In this document: piece by piece, positions 1 through 9,644 of the stretch | Layout of the letters: each line of letters opens with the position of its first letter | Numbering within the stretch: position 1 is the stretch's first letter | NCBI GenBank assembly: GCA_963702895.1 | Contig: OY969767.1 | Location: 1,184,001-1,248,000 of the forward strand | DNA from: an uncultured Elusimicrobia bacterium | GTDB taxonomy: Bacteria; Elusimicrobiota; Elusimicrobia; 2-01-FULL-59-12 | Length of the DNA stretch: 64,000 nt | Direction: 5' to 3' | The notes under the pieces: generated by a model | Told to the model about the DNA's origin: nothing | Database searches by the model: none | The model's input: the letters and a program-made list of their open reading frames with translations, nothing else | Position numbers and translations under genes: made by a program

Positions 1-333
<333 letters not shown>

Positions 334-375
334 TCACCGCTTGAGATACTGTAGGAATCTGGCGGGATGGGGTGC

Positions 376-404
376 ATTCTATCAAAGGTCCCGTGCCAGA
401 ACAA
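376..404 (-). promoter_or_regulatory. Putative sigma70 promoter for gap
   Basis: Minus strand TTGTTC-17 nt-TAGAAT with TG extended -10 (TGaTAGAAT). Confidence 0.5.
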
Positions 405-1131
405 GCCCAGAAATCGGCCCTATTCCGGCTTTGCGCAGAGTGCTCGCACACGCTTGGAGCGTGCTGGTTGTGGTACAAACGTCGTCGATGAGTAAAAGGG
501 GCATGCCTTTGAGCCTGGCGCGCAGCGCTTGTGCTACAGGGTCAAGCGCAAAGGCTTCATGGACGTTCGTTTGACGATGGGCCCTGTCCAGAGTGGTCTG
601 TGAGACGGTCTTCCTCATTTTCTCAAGCAGGCGTAAGACGGGTCGCCCAATGTGACGACCGAGTTCCTGTGCCAAGAGATCAGCCTGATTGAAGCCGCGC
701 AAGCGTTCTTGCCGCTCAAAGAGTGGGACGGGAACAAGGCCCACCGTGGCGCCTAAGTCGGCATGGCACCGAAAGGCTTGGGATAAAAGTACCCCGAAGG
801 GAACCGACAGAGACTTCCTTCCTAAATACTTGAAGCGATACATCGCTTTCGCGACCGCTCCCTGATAGACCGTGGCCGCTCGTACCCGTAAGGCGGGAGG
901 GAACCTCTGACAGACGTAACACCATCTTCCCCCTTCGGGCAGAGGGATCCCACAAGCCTGACAAACGAGACCCTGAATCCGCGGGAGGTTCAGCCAGCAC
1001 GTGCCGCAGAAGCCTTCATCTTCGAGGCACGATAAAGGTGTCCGGCAGCCGGCGCAAGCCCACGGCAAGAAGAATCTTAAGAGATGAGAAGCAAGAAACG
1101 AGAGCTGAGAGACAGCTCTTCGACCTCTCAT
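382..1131 (-). CDS. comF: ComF family protein (double zinc ribbon + phosphoribosyltransferase-like)
   Basis: CAGC...FCGTC...CQACG...CYVC, RGFNQA, LLLIDDVCTTTSTL; ATG at 1131 overlaps the upstream stop (ATGA). Confidence 0.9.
   Translation of the reverse strand: MRGRRAVSQLSFLASHLLRFFLPWACAGCRTPLSCLEDEGFCGTCWLNLPRIQGLVCQACGIPLPEGGRWCYVCQRFPPALRVRAATVYQGAVAKAMYRFKYLGRKSLSVPFGVLLSQAFRCHADLGATVGLVPVPLFERQERLRGFNQADLLAQELGRHIGRPVLRLLEKMRKTVSQTTLDRAHRQTNVHEAFALDPVAQALRARLKGMPLLLIDDVCTTTSTLQACASTLRKAGIGPISGLVLARDL
1079..1124. repeat. Short GAGA-heptamer array (5 units) inside the comF 5' end
   Basis: aagagat gagaagc aagaaac gagagct gagagac agctcttcgac; same units as 1602-1776 and an inverted relative of the 50-bp unit at 1811-1960. 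Confidence 0.8.
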
Positions 1132-1523
1132 GTCGGTTGCTTCTTTTCGCGTTTGGCGTTTGCTTGTGCTGTGCGAACGGAGGCTACTAGGATGGCGGTT
1201 AATTCGCTGCACTCTCGTCGTAGCGCTTCCAAACCGGGTTCTTGGACGAGAGCAGACTCCATAATCAATGCGAGCCAATAGCCGGACTCCCGCATTTCTT
1301 TGAGCGCGATATGCATTTTGTGAATAAAATCTGCGCGTGACTCTGCAGAGCGTGCTTCTTGGGCATTTGCACCACACGATGTCGCGGAGCGCGAGAGTTG
1401 CTCAGCGATTGACTTTAGATCGGAGATTTGTCGCAAGGCAGAAGTGAGGCGTAAGATGGCGACACCAAAGTCTAGGCAACGTTCATGAAATCTCTTCTTG
1501 TTAGTTGGCGATACGTTCATCAT
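1128..1523 (-). CDS. Four-helix bundle protein (TIGR02436 / 23S rRNA IVP / Avd-like family)
   Basis: QLSRSATSCGANAQEARSAESRADFIHKMHIALKEMRESGYWL matches the family signature QL.RS.TSIGAN..EA...S..DF..K..IALKE..ET.YWL; 131 aa. Confidence 0.92.
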   Translation of the reverse strand: MMNVSPTNKKRFHERCLDFGVAILRLTSALRQISDLKSIAEQLSRSATSCGANAQEARSAESRADFIHKMHIALKEMRESGYWLALIMESALVQEPGLEALRRECSELTAILVASVRTAQANAKREKKQPT

Positions 1524-1601
1524 GGACTTCTATCCCTTAGATGCAAATCCACGCACTTTATTCACTTTATCGTCGGAGAGACTCGAATCCTGGTGAAGAG
1601 C

Positions 1602-1776
1602 GATAGCAGAGAAACAAGAGTAGAGAAATGAGAAGCGAGAGCAAAGAAGCGAAAGCAGAGAAGCGAGAGCAGAGAAGCGAGAGCTGAGAAGCGAGAGCTG
1701 AGAAACGAGAGCTGAGAGGCGAGAGCAGAGAAACGAGAGCTGAGAAACGAGAGCAGAGAAGCGAGAGCAAAGAAAG
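1602..1776. repeat. Tandem degenerate heptamer array (~25 in-phase units, mostly alternating GAGAGCW/GAGAARC)
   Basis: Direct reading, e.g. gagaagc gagagca gagaagc gagagct gagaaac...; 7-nt phase kept without indels for 175 bp. Confidence 0.95.
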
Positions 1777-1810
1777 CAGAGTGGACACACGTCATTGTCT
1801 CTTAACTCGC

Positions 1811-1966
1811 TTGTCGAGCGAGCCGCTGTCGTCTCTCGTTTCTCTGCTCTCGTTTCTCGCTTCTCGAGCGAGCCGCTGTCGTCTCTCGTTTCTCTGCTCT
1901 CGTTTCTCGCTTGTCGAGCGAGCCGCTGTCGTCTCTCGTTTCTCTGCTCTCGTTTCTCGCTTCTCG
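1811..1966. repeat. 3 x 50-bp tandem repeat built from the reverse-complement heptamers
   Basis: tt(g/c)tcgagcgagccgctgtcgtctctcgtttctctgctctcgtttctcgc at 1811-1860, 1861-1910, 1911-1960; only one variable base. Confidence 0.95.
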
Positions 1967-1971
1967 TATTC

Positions 1972-4900
1972 TTAGAACTGGATGGTCAGCAGGGTGTTGA
2001 CTTCGTAGCCGTAGGTGTTGGCGTCGGAACTGACTTTGTTGGCCGTGTAGAAATAGTTGCCGCCGAAGCTCAAACGGATGTTGGAGGTCATTTCATAATC
2101 ATTCGACGTCGAAATCTTGTAGGTGTCCGTGTTGCTGTTGAGCTCATCGATCTTGGACCTTCGCATATCGACAGAAAAGTTTTCCGTCGTTCGAATGCGG
2201 TTGGAGAAGACCACCAGGTCCGCGAAGGGCAATTTGAGCCCGGCGGGCAAGTAGAGATCCGCGTAGGCCTGCAGGGCGGCGGTTTTTGTCCGGAGGTCGG
2301 CTGTTAAACGGCCGGAAGCATCCTCTGTTTCGCGCGAGGTCTGATCATACTTGGGTGAGAGGCGCCATTTGCCGACGTTAAAGCCCAATTGCATTCCGAG
2401 GACCGAACCATGTGTTTGGGATGTGGTCACGCTGTTGATACGGTCGTAGGAGCTGTCCGAGGTCCTTGTGTAGGTGGTATAGAGATCGAGTTTGCGAAGG
2501 ATGGTAAAGCGCCAGTCACCGCCATTGGTCGACGCCTTTTGCAAAGAGATCCCTGCGGTGTCCACCTTCTTGTGTTGCGTCTTCAAGTTCAACTGGCTGT
2601 TGGACATCCAGCGGCTCGCGAGGAAGAGATGTTCGGTCTGGGCGAATCCCATCAGCAAGTCTGGGAAGACCTGGGTGATGATTTTCGTTGGGGTGCCCGT
2701 GGTCTCCTGGCGTTGCCGCGTGTCCGTGATGTTCGACGTGAGCGACATCGTCCGGATCGTGCGTCCTGGTCCTGTCCATTGCGTGGCCCAGTCAAAGGGA
2801 CTCAGGCGCTGTGTGGAGCGAACGGTTTCCCGGATGGTCAGATTGGTTCTTGTCCCTGAACCCAGGCTGTTTCGGACACTGATCGAATTCAAGCTGTTGT
2901 AGCCGCCTTCAACCTCCTTCCAGCTGTCACCGTTTTCTACAAGGTAAGTTGTGACGACATTCATAGACTGCAGTGGACGCAGGCGCCGTGTTAAATCACG
3001 CCAGGCGAGATCCCATCCCGCCTCGGCGGTCGAGGTGCGGTCCACTGTCTTTCGGTCAGCGGCAAGGAGGTTGGCGGCCAGTGGCAGTCCAAAGGTCTCA
3101 CGGTTGGTGATGGTGTAGCGCATGCGGGGAGAGAACCACCGGCGGAAGCTAAAGACACCATCCAAGCCCAGTGTTTGCGTCTTGAGTTTGTCATATTCCA
3201 CCGTTTGCGTCGAAACATTGATGCCGGTCGATGTTGAGAAGAGCACATCTTTTGCCTCGTGTGTGATGGACCGTGAGAAGCTGGGGTTGATCGAGAAGCC
3301 GCTGGCAGGCTGGAAGCTCAGTTTAGCGTTGATGTCCTGCGTGTTATTGCGCGTGTTCGAAACGGAGAAGGGGTCGCTTGCATTGGTGAGGGCTCCATCG
3401 CCGAAATTGAGTCGCAACCGGGAATACCGATAGCCCATGGAGATATTTCGCGGCAAGAACCGGCTGCGTGCCGGGACATCGTAATCCATGGTGATGCCGT
3501 AACGATCGGCCTTGTCCGTGCGAAAAATCTGGGAGGAGACAGTTTTGTTGGCGTCGTAGAAAAGGCCAAATTTGGGGAGTCGCGGGATTTGGAGTGTGCC
3601 CGATCCTGAAAAACTCTTGTCCCGTACGTCTCCTTCTTGGAGGTAGGACACAAGGGTTGAATTCACCGTGTTGATGGCCGGCGTGATGGTATGGCGTTGG
3701 CTGCCTGTAAAGGCCATCGGAAACCAACTCAGGCGAGTGAGGTTCAAGGTCGCGGTCTGCTCATGGCGGTCCTGGTTGGTGATGGCGCTCGTGAATGTTT
3801 CGAAGTTCCGGTCGATATTTCTGGCAGATCCGGTCAGCGAGCCCCATCCGAAAAGATCCAAGCTGGCCTTAAAGGAGGACGCATAGCCTACGCGGCTGAT
3901 GACATCAGCCCCATAGACCTCGTTGAACCACAATTCACCTGATCTTGTCGCGGCCGTGGTGGTATCGACGCCAAACTTGAGCTGTGCAATGGACGACAGG
4001 TTGGGGTTACCCACGGCTCGAACGGTCCCGTCGGGGACACCGGAAACCCAAAGGTTGGGTCGCTCACCACCCGTCTGGTCAATCTTGATCTGCGTCCAGA
4101 CGTCTGCCACAAGGCTGTCGATCGGATAGGAAAACTCCCAATAGTCTGTGTCGGATCCAGCCCTGAAGACAAGATTAGCCTCTTGGCCTGAGCTTGTTTT
4201 GGCCGCATTCTTTCGAACAAAAAAGCGCACACTCCCATAAGGTGTAAAGTCCATGGGGGACACGGTGACATTCTTGGCCAGGACCGTTCCCGAGGCGATG
4301 TCATAGCTGTAGTTGACTGCCAAGGACTGCTCCTTTCGGTTGGTGGGCGTGGGACCTGTGAGGGCGGTGTTGATTTGGTTGAGATCATCAAAATCCGGGT
4401 CGCCGGCTGGCGAGACATAGCTCGCGTCGTCTTCCGTATTGATGGCCGTAACACTGATGGTCGAGCCCACGACGGTGGGGTCTTCTGGTAACCATCGGTT
4501 CCCGACGATGGCGATTTTGGCGATATGGATTGTCCCGGTTTTGGTGGCTGTTCCCCCAGGCTTGAGTGATAGGCGTAGCTCTTTGATGGCTGACCAGTTG
4601 GATGCTGTCGAAGAGCTGATGTTGAGCGGCACGCGGACAAATTTCCACCCGCTAAAATCAACACGATTCTCAGGCTCACCAGGAAATGTGATGGAACTGA
4701 TCGGGTCGGTCAGAAGATCGGCGTCGTATCCGATGTTTCCGCCAATGAGTATGTTTTCGGTATTGAGGACCCCGTTGCGGTCGAGGTCGTTCGAATCAAT
4801 ACGCAAGTTGTTTGCTCCGAGCGTGGCAACGGTTGAATCTGGGTTGATAAAGGGAATGCCGGTGTCTTCGCTGGCATCGAGGGTGTTATTGCCATTGGCG

Positions 4901-7368
4901 TCTTCTGTTTTGATGCTCGAGTCACCGGAACCATCAAAATCTTCGCTGATTTGTCCGAGTGTTATATTGATCCGTGTTTCACTGGGAGTTGGAGTTGTGC
5001 CGGCAGCCGTGCCGTCTCCCATCATCCACATCTCCAGATACTGCTTTTTGGAGAAGTCCACCCCACCTGTTTTTAGCACGGTCGCGATAGAGGCTTCTGT
5101 CGATAGTGTGAGGTCGTACCTGACGCTGAGGACTTGGGTCTGGTCATCCTCGAGCGCGGCCGCATTAGGGTTGATATCGAGTGTCCTAACGAGATTATTA
5201 GTGAGATTGTCTCCCGGTTGATTGACCAAGGAAACCTGACCAATGGCATTTAGGTATTGCCCGCCTGTGCCAGCACTGGTTGGATTCGCCGCAATCTGCC
5301 AGCCCAGTTTGCTGAGGCTGACCGATGTTTCATCTTTGATGCCTTCCATGTTCTCAATCAGGGCCTTTCCAAACGTGTTGGGATTGCGCACGCTGCGCGC
5401 GACTTCGGCGGAGAAACTTGATTTAAGTGTCGGCAGCGGATTGAAGATGAGGTCTCTCAAGTGAATGTCGCCTTCTAGGATAAGCCAGCTTCCGGAGGTC
5501 TGCCGGATGTCCGGAGCCGCCGTTTGCTTCGGCGCAAAATCATAAATGACGGTCGAGCCCAGCAAGCTTGAGGCAAGGATGGGGTGCACCGGCGCGAAAG
5601 AGACTTCACCACGAGCGCCGACCAGGGTGTCCTGTTGGGTGCCGGCGATCCCGAAGGGTGAGAACTCGTAGGTGGCTTGGATGCGGGTGGTTTCAGTGAT
5701 CTGGTCCTCATTAAAAAAGGTCAGAAAACCCGACGCATAATCCAAGAAATAATCGATATCACGGACCAGGGGTCTGCCGTCTAAGGTGATGCGTTCGCTG
5801 TTGATCACGATATTGGGGCGCAGGGTATAGGTTTTGACGCGCGCGCGATATTCGATGAAGAAGCTGGATTGGGTCGTGGGTGTAAAGAAGTAGACCGGCG
5901 CGAAGCTGGATGCAGGATCACCATTATCCAGGCGCCTCGTGAGAGCAAAAGAACCCGCTTCGAAATCGACAACGATCTGCCCGGAGTTATTCGGCAAGTA
6001 CAGGATTCCTACGGCAGGGCCAATGAAGTTGTTGCCGAGGTCTCTTAATTGGAGTGTAAAGTTGCCTTGATTGTTGTCTCGGACGATCTTGTTGCTGCCA
6101 ATATTGTAGTGGGTGAGTTCTTCCGTAGCAGGGATCAGGGTGATTTGGCTTTCGTCCCATTTGATGGCTTTGGGCATTCCCACGATGCCTCGCGAAGTGC
6201 TCAGCAGATCCGTGGTTCCGGGGATTGTGTAGTCGATGGCCACAACGCTGGTATTGGTCAAGGGTGTTCGAAACGTGACGATCCCCGAGCTTGGATCAAC
6301 AAAATAATCGATTCCCTGCGCCAGGAGGAGGAAGCGCCCTTCGTAAGTCGTGCTCGATGTGACCGGACGGTTGGGGATAAGGGTTAAATCGACGGTTGTG
6401 GTTGTGTACTGCGGACCAGATCGTGTGGTGTCTTGTGTGTCGAGATAGATCTTAACTGTTGAAACGGCCACATTGTTGTCATCGGGGCCGGTCAAGCTCT
6501 TGTAATTATAAAAGCGCCTGCGGACATAGCTGGTGTCAGGGATGTTGACTCTCTGCAGCTGGACATTGCCAACAAATTCTTTCGTCTCGGTTTGACCTTT
6601 GGTCCGGCTGCCAATGAAATAGCCCTTCAGGGCCTTGTATTTGAGCTCCGCGGCTGCGCCAAAGACCTGTTTCGTGTAACCGGCAAATTCTGTTTGGGGC
6701 AAAGACATGTTGATGTCCCCGAAGGCCGCCCTTTGAACCACCTCATCGGGGTCACCCTTGTAAACGATCGAAATATCTTTTTTGTCTGTTTTGGTGTCGT
6801 CAAAGTCGACATTGACCGTCACTTTTCTCCCAATCTGGCCATTGATGCGCACCTGCAGGGACTGGAGGAGCTCAAAGGAACTCTGGGTGTTGGAGACCCC
6901 TTGTGTGGTGGCATAGCCGCTGTTGGAATATTTCGTGCTGCGGAATATCATCCCGATGGTTTTGCGGCCGGAGACCGTGAGCCTCGATTCGTAAGGCAGT
7001 TGGACGGTGAATCCCGGAGGAGGAGGGACCGCGGGTGCCAGCCTTCCAAGGGGCGCGGTGGACAAGGCGATTTCTGATGGCAACGGCATGAACAGAGGCT
7101 GGCCGGCTTCAATGAGCCGGCGCATCTCGTTCCAGCGCTCCCGCTCATTGCGAAGTTCCTGGTGGGGCTGAAGATCGAGAGAGGCCGCTTCAATGGCCTG
7201 GGTGCTAAGAGCGTCACTCAGGTCAGGAAGAAGGTCTTCGATCGGTTTTTTAAGGAGGCGGATAGACTGCAGCACATAATCGGGAAGATCAGCCTCACCA
7301 TAGAGCGTGTAAAACGCGCTACATACGAGCCCGCAGAAAAAGACAAAAATAGCGAATTTACGGCGCAT
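1972..7368 (-). CDS. sprA: SprA/Sov-like very large outer-membrane beta-barrel (T9SS translocon homolog), ~1800 aa
   Basis: Signal-peptide-like MRRKFAIFVFFCGLV...; LQVRINGQIGRKVTVNVDFDD...IVYKGDPDEVVQRAAFGDINMSLP...VFG; SERITLDGRPLVRDIDYFLDYASG; LGQISEDFDG; TEDANGNNTLDASEDTG; GELWFNE; C-terminal beta-signal ending in F. Confidence 0.75.
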   Translation of the reverse strand: MRRKFAIFVFFCGLVCSAFYTLYGEADLPDYVLQSIRLLKKPIEDLLPDLSDALSTQAIEAASLDLQPHQELRNERERWNEMRRLIEAGQPLFMPLPSEIALSTAPLGRLAPAVPPPPGFTVQLPYESRLTVSGRKTIGMIFRSTKYSNSGYATTQGVSNTQSSFELLQSLQVRINGQIGRKVTVNVDFDDTKTDKKDISIVYKGDPDEVVQRAAFGDINMSLPQTEFAGYTKQVFGAAAELKYKALKGYFIGSRTKGQTETKEFVGNVQLQRVNIPDTSYVRRRFYNYKSLTGPDDNNVAVSTVKIYLDTQDTTRSGPQYTTTTVDLTLIPNRPVTSSTTYEGRFLLLAQGIDYFVDPSSGIVTFRTPLTNTSVVAIDYTIPGTTDLLSTSRGIVGMPKAIKWDESQITLIPATEELTHYNIGSNKIVRDNNQGNFTLQLRDLGNNFIGPAVGILYLPNNSGQIVVDFEAGSFALTRRLDNGDPASSFAPVYFFTPTTQSSFFIEYRARVKTYTLRPNIVINSERITLDGRPLVRDIDYFLDYASGFLTFFNEDQITETTRIQATYEFSPFGIAGTQQDTLVGARGEVSFAPVHPILASSLLGSTVIYDFAPKQTAAPDIRQTSGSWLILEGDIHLRDLIFNPLPTLKSSFSAEVARSVRNPNTFGKALIENMEGIKDETSVSLSKLGWQIAANPTSAGTGGQYLNAIGQVSLVNQPGDNLTNNLVRTLDINPNAAALEDDQTQVLSVRYDLTLSTEASIATVLKTGGVDFSKKQYLEMWMMGDGTAAGTTPTPSETRINITLGQISEDFDGSGDSSIKTEDANGNNTLDASEDTGIPFINPDSTVATLGANNLRIDSNDLDRNGVLNTENILIGGNIGYDADLLTDPISSITFPGEPENRVDFSGWKFVRVPLNISSSTASNWSAIKELRLSLKPGGTATKTGTIHIAKIAIVGNRWLPEDPTVVGSTISVTAINTEDDASYVSPAGDPDFDDLNQINTALTGPTPTNRKEQSLAVNYSYDIASGTVLAKNVTVSPMDFTPYGSVRFFVRKNAAKTSSGQEANLVFRAGSDTDYWEFSYPIDSLVADVWTQIKIDQTGGERPNLWVSGVPDGTVRAVGNPNLSSIAQLKFGVDTTTAATRSGELWFNEVYGADVISRVGYASSFKASLDLFGWGSLTGSARNIDRNFETFTSAITNQDRHEQTATLNLTRLSWFPMAFTGSQRHTITPAINTVNSTLVSYLQEGDVRDKSFSGSGTLQIPRLPKFGLFYDANKTVSSQIFRTDKADRYGITMDYDVPARSRFLPRNISMGYRYSRLRLNFGDGALTNASDPFSVSNTRNNTQDINAKLSFQPASGFSINPSFSRSITHEAKDVLFSTSTGINVSTQTVEYDKLKTQTLGLDGVFSFRRWFSPRMRYTITNRETFGLPLAANLLAADRKTVDRTSTAEAGWDLAWRDLTRRLRPLQSMNVVTTYLVENGDSWKEVEGGYNSLNSISVRNSLGSGTRTNLTIRETVRSTQRLSPFDWATQWTGPGRTIRTMSLTSNITDTRQRQETTGTPTKIITQVFPDLLMGFAQTEHLFLASRWMSNSQLNLKTQHKKVDTAGISLQKASTNGGDWRFTILRKLDLYTTYTRTSDSSYDRINSVTTSQTHGSVLGMQLGFNVGKWRLSPKYDQTSRETEDASGRLTADLRTKTAALQAYADLYLPAGLKLPFADLVVFSNRIRTTENFSVDMRRSKIDELNSNTDTYKISTSNDYEMTSNIRLSFGGNYFYTANKVSSDANTYGYEVNTLLTIQF

Positions 7369-7487
7369 ATTTCGAACTATTGTTGTCCGAATTAGGCTAA
7401 ACTGCAAGACTTTTTAAGCAAAAACGAAAATTGGCACAATCTGTAACGTTTCTAAAAATCATGCCGCAAACACGTATAATTCCTGCC

Positions 7488-8576
7488 ATGAAGATCCTTT
7501 CACGCTATATCCTGAAGGAATTTCTCGGCAATGTGTTCTTGGGGTTGCTGATCTTCACGTTCGTTCTGCTCCTGGACCACCTCTTTGAGCTGATCGACCT
7601 TCTGCTGGGGAAAGGGGTTGGACTGGGGCTCACCCTCAAACTTCTGACCCTCCTTCTCCCCTCCACCCTTTCCCTGACCCTGCCCATGTCCATTCTCCTG
7701 GCGTCTCTCTTGACGTATGGGCGACTGTCCGAACACAATGAAATCACAGCCGCACGCGCGAGCGGCCTTAAGGCGTGGAGCTATGTCAAAATGCCGTTGC
7801 TCATCGCCCTCTTGGCGGCGGCCTTTCTTGTCCCTTTTAACACGCGTTGGGCGCCGCGTGCGCATGCCTCCTTCCGCAGTATTTACGTCCAGCTCCTCAA
7901 ACGCAACCCCTTGGTGCGGATCGAAGAGCGGACGTTTGTTGAAATTGGCGAGTATCATCTCTACATCGAGCATAGGGAAAAAAAGAAGGGCCTCATGCGG
8001 GGTGTGACCATTTACAAACTTCCCACCAGCGGCGCAGGGCTGCGTATTTTCGCCGAACGCGGCAAGGCCGCTTATGAAGAGGGCAAGGGGCTCACGCTGC
8101 TCTTGTCCCAGGGGCGAATCGAGAAAGTGGATGCGGCCGCCCCGGAACGTTGGATGAACACAGAATTTAAGGAGTATCAGTTTTTTATTCCACTGGCGAG
8201 TGCTCAAGCGAGCTCCGAGAGGTCCATCGAAGAAATGGACAATCGCGAACTCCGTAAAGAAATTACCGTGCTCAAAAGCAAAGGGCTTCCTTACCCCATC
8301 CTGGCTTGTCAGATCCAACTTCGTTGGGCGCTCGCGATGACACCGCTTCTCTTTGCGGCCCTCGGCATACCGCTGGCCATCCGCATGCAGCGCGGTGGAA
8401 GGTCGATTGGTTTCGGCATGAGCCTCATCATCATGGTGCTCTACTACATCTTGCTCATGGGCGGCACCGCCTTGGGGCAGCGTGGTTCATGGCCTCCCTG
8501 GATCGCGGTCTGGATGGGCAATAGCGCGCTTCTTGCTTCGGCATCGTTTCTTTATTGGAGGATGACCCGGCGGTGA
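7488..8576 (+). CDS. lptF: LPS export ABC transporter permease LptF
   Basis: MKILSRYILKE...LPMSILLASLLTYGRLSEHNEITAARASG; ALGIPLAIRMQRGGRS; tandem with LptG-like gene. Confidence 0.88.
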   Translation: MKILSRYILKEFLGNVFLGLLIFTFVLLLDHLFELIDLLLGKGVGLGLTLKLLTLLLPSTLSLTLPMSILLASLLTYGRLSEHNEITAARASGLKAWSYVKMPLLIALLAAAFLVPFNTRWAPRAHASFRSIYVQLLKRNPLVRIEERTFVEIGEYHLYIEHREKKKGLMRGVTIYKLPTSGAGLRIFAERGKAAYEEGKGLTLLLSQGRIEKVDAAAPERWMNTEFKEYQFFIPLASAQASSERSIEEMDNRELRKEITVLKSKGLPYPILACQIQLRWALAMTPLLFAALGIPLAIRMQRGGRSIGFGMSLIIMVLYYILLMGGTALGQRGSWPPWIAVWMGNSALLASASFLYWRMTRR

Positions 8577-9644
8577 AAATTGTCGATCGTTACCTGATCC
8601 GATCGTTCCTTGTCCCTTTTGGTGTTTGCGTCCTGATCTTTGGTGTCTTGGTCACGCTGGGAAGGTTTTTCGACAAAATGGGCATTTTCGTACGCTTTCA
8701 CGCCCACTTCGAAGACATCGTCAAAGTCTTGCTGCTGGGACTCCCCTTTTGGCTGAATCTCGTTCTGCCGATTGCCACGATGCTGGCGCTTCTTTTTTCG
8801 CTGGGCCAGCTCCAGCAACGCGGCGAGTTTAACGCCTTTCGTGGAGCGGGGATCCCCTCCTGGCGGCTTTACCTCCCCTTTGTGGCGACCGGGTTTTCCC
8901 TGGCCCTTTTTTCCCTTGTGGGCGGGCTCACGTTTCTCCCCAAGCTGAACTTCGAATCGCGAAAGATCTACCGTGTGGAGATCAAAAAGCGCGATGTGCT
9001 CGAATATCAGAAAGACAATATTGTCGCCGCGGGCCGCCATCGCCGGCGCTTCACGATCGGCTGGCTGGACGTGGAGAAGGGTCTCATCAAAGATCTGATT
9101 GTCGATCGGTTCGACGATCAGTTCGCCTGGCTGGAGACGCACTCCGCCAAAACCGCCCTCTATCAAAACGGAAGCTGGCTTTTAAAAGACGGTGTGTGGC
9201 GCTCAAAAGATCCCCTCGCTTCCATGGGCATTCGGGAGGTTCCGTTTACAGAGAAAACGGTGGACATCCCAGAGAAGCCGTCGGATTTTGTCATGGAAGA
9301 CAAAGAAACGGATGATATGACAGGCCAGGAGCTGGTCGAACGCGCGAAGCGCTTAAAGCGAAGGGGCGCGCCCGTTTATAAAGAAAAAGTCGCGCTGCAC
9401 TTGAGGCTCGCTCTCCCCTTCGCCAATGTCGTGGTCATCCTGCTCGCCATACCCTTTGCCCTCCGAAGCGGTATGCAAAGCCGGACACAAAACTTTGCTT
9501 ATGCGCTCGCGCTCGCCTTTCTCTATTGGGGCTCGATCTCGATTTTTCAATCCATGGGTGAACAGGGGAGGCTGCCGGCCTGGGTGGCCGCGTGGATGTC
9601 TAATTTTCTCTTTACGGGACTAGCCGCGTGGAAGCTTTTCCGAC

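Noticed and set aside
1132..1377. N-terminal extension of the comF ORF in the track
   Set aside because: It overlaps the four-helix gene in another frame; ATG at 1131 fits family length and coupling
1811..1960. CRISPR array
   Set aside because: Repeats are head-to-tail with no unique spacers, and no cas genes are in the window
1128..1966. Diversity-generating retroelement (Avd-like gene plus repeats)
   Set aside because: No reverse transcriptase and no TR/VR pair with adenine-specific mismatches seen
1530..2307. Short ORFs rich in S/L/R/F (e.g. 1530-1790, 1562-1795, 1795-2307)
   Set aside because: Translations of the heptamer repeats, open in several frames only because the repeat lacks stops
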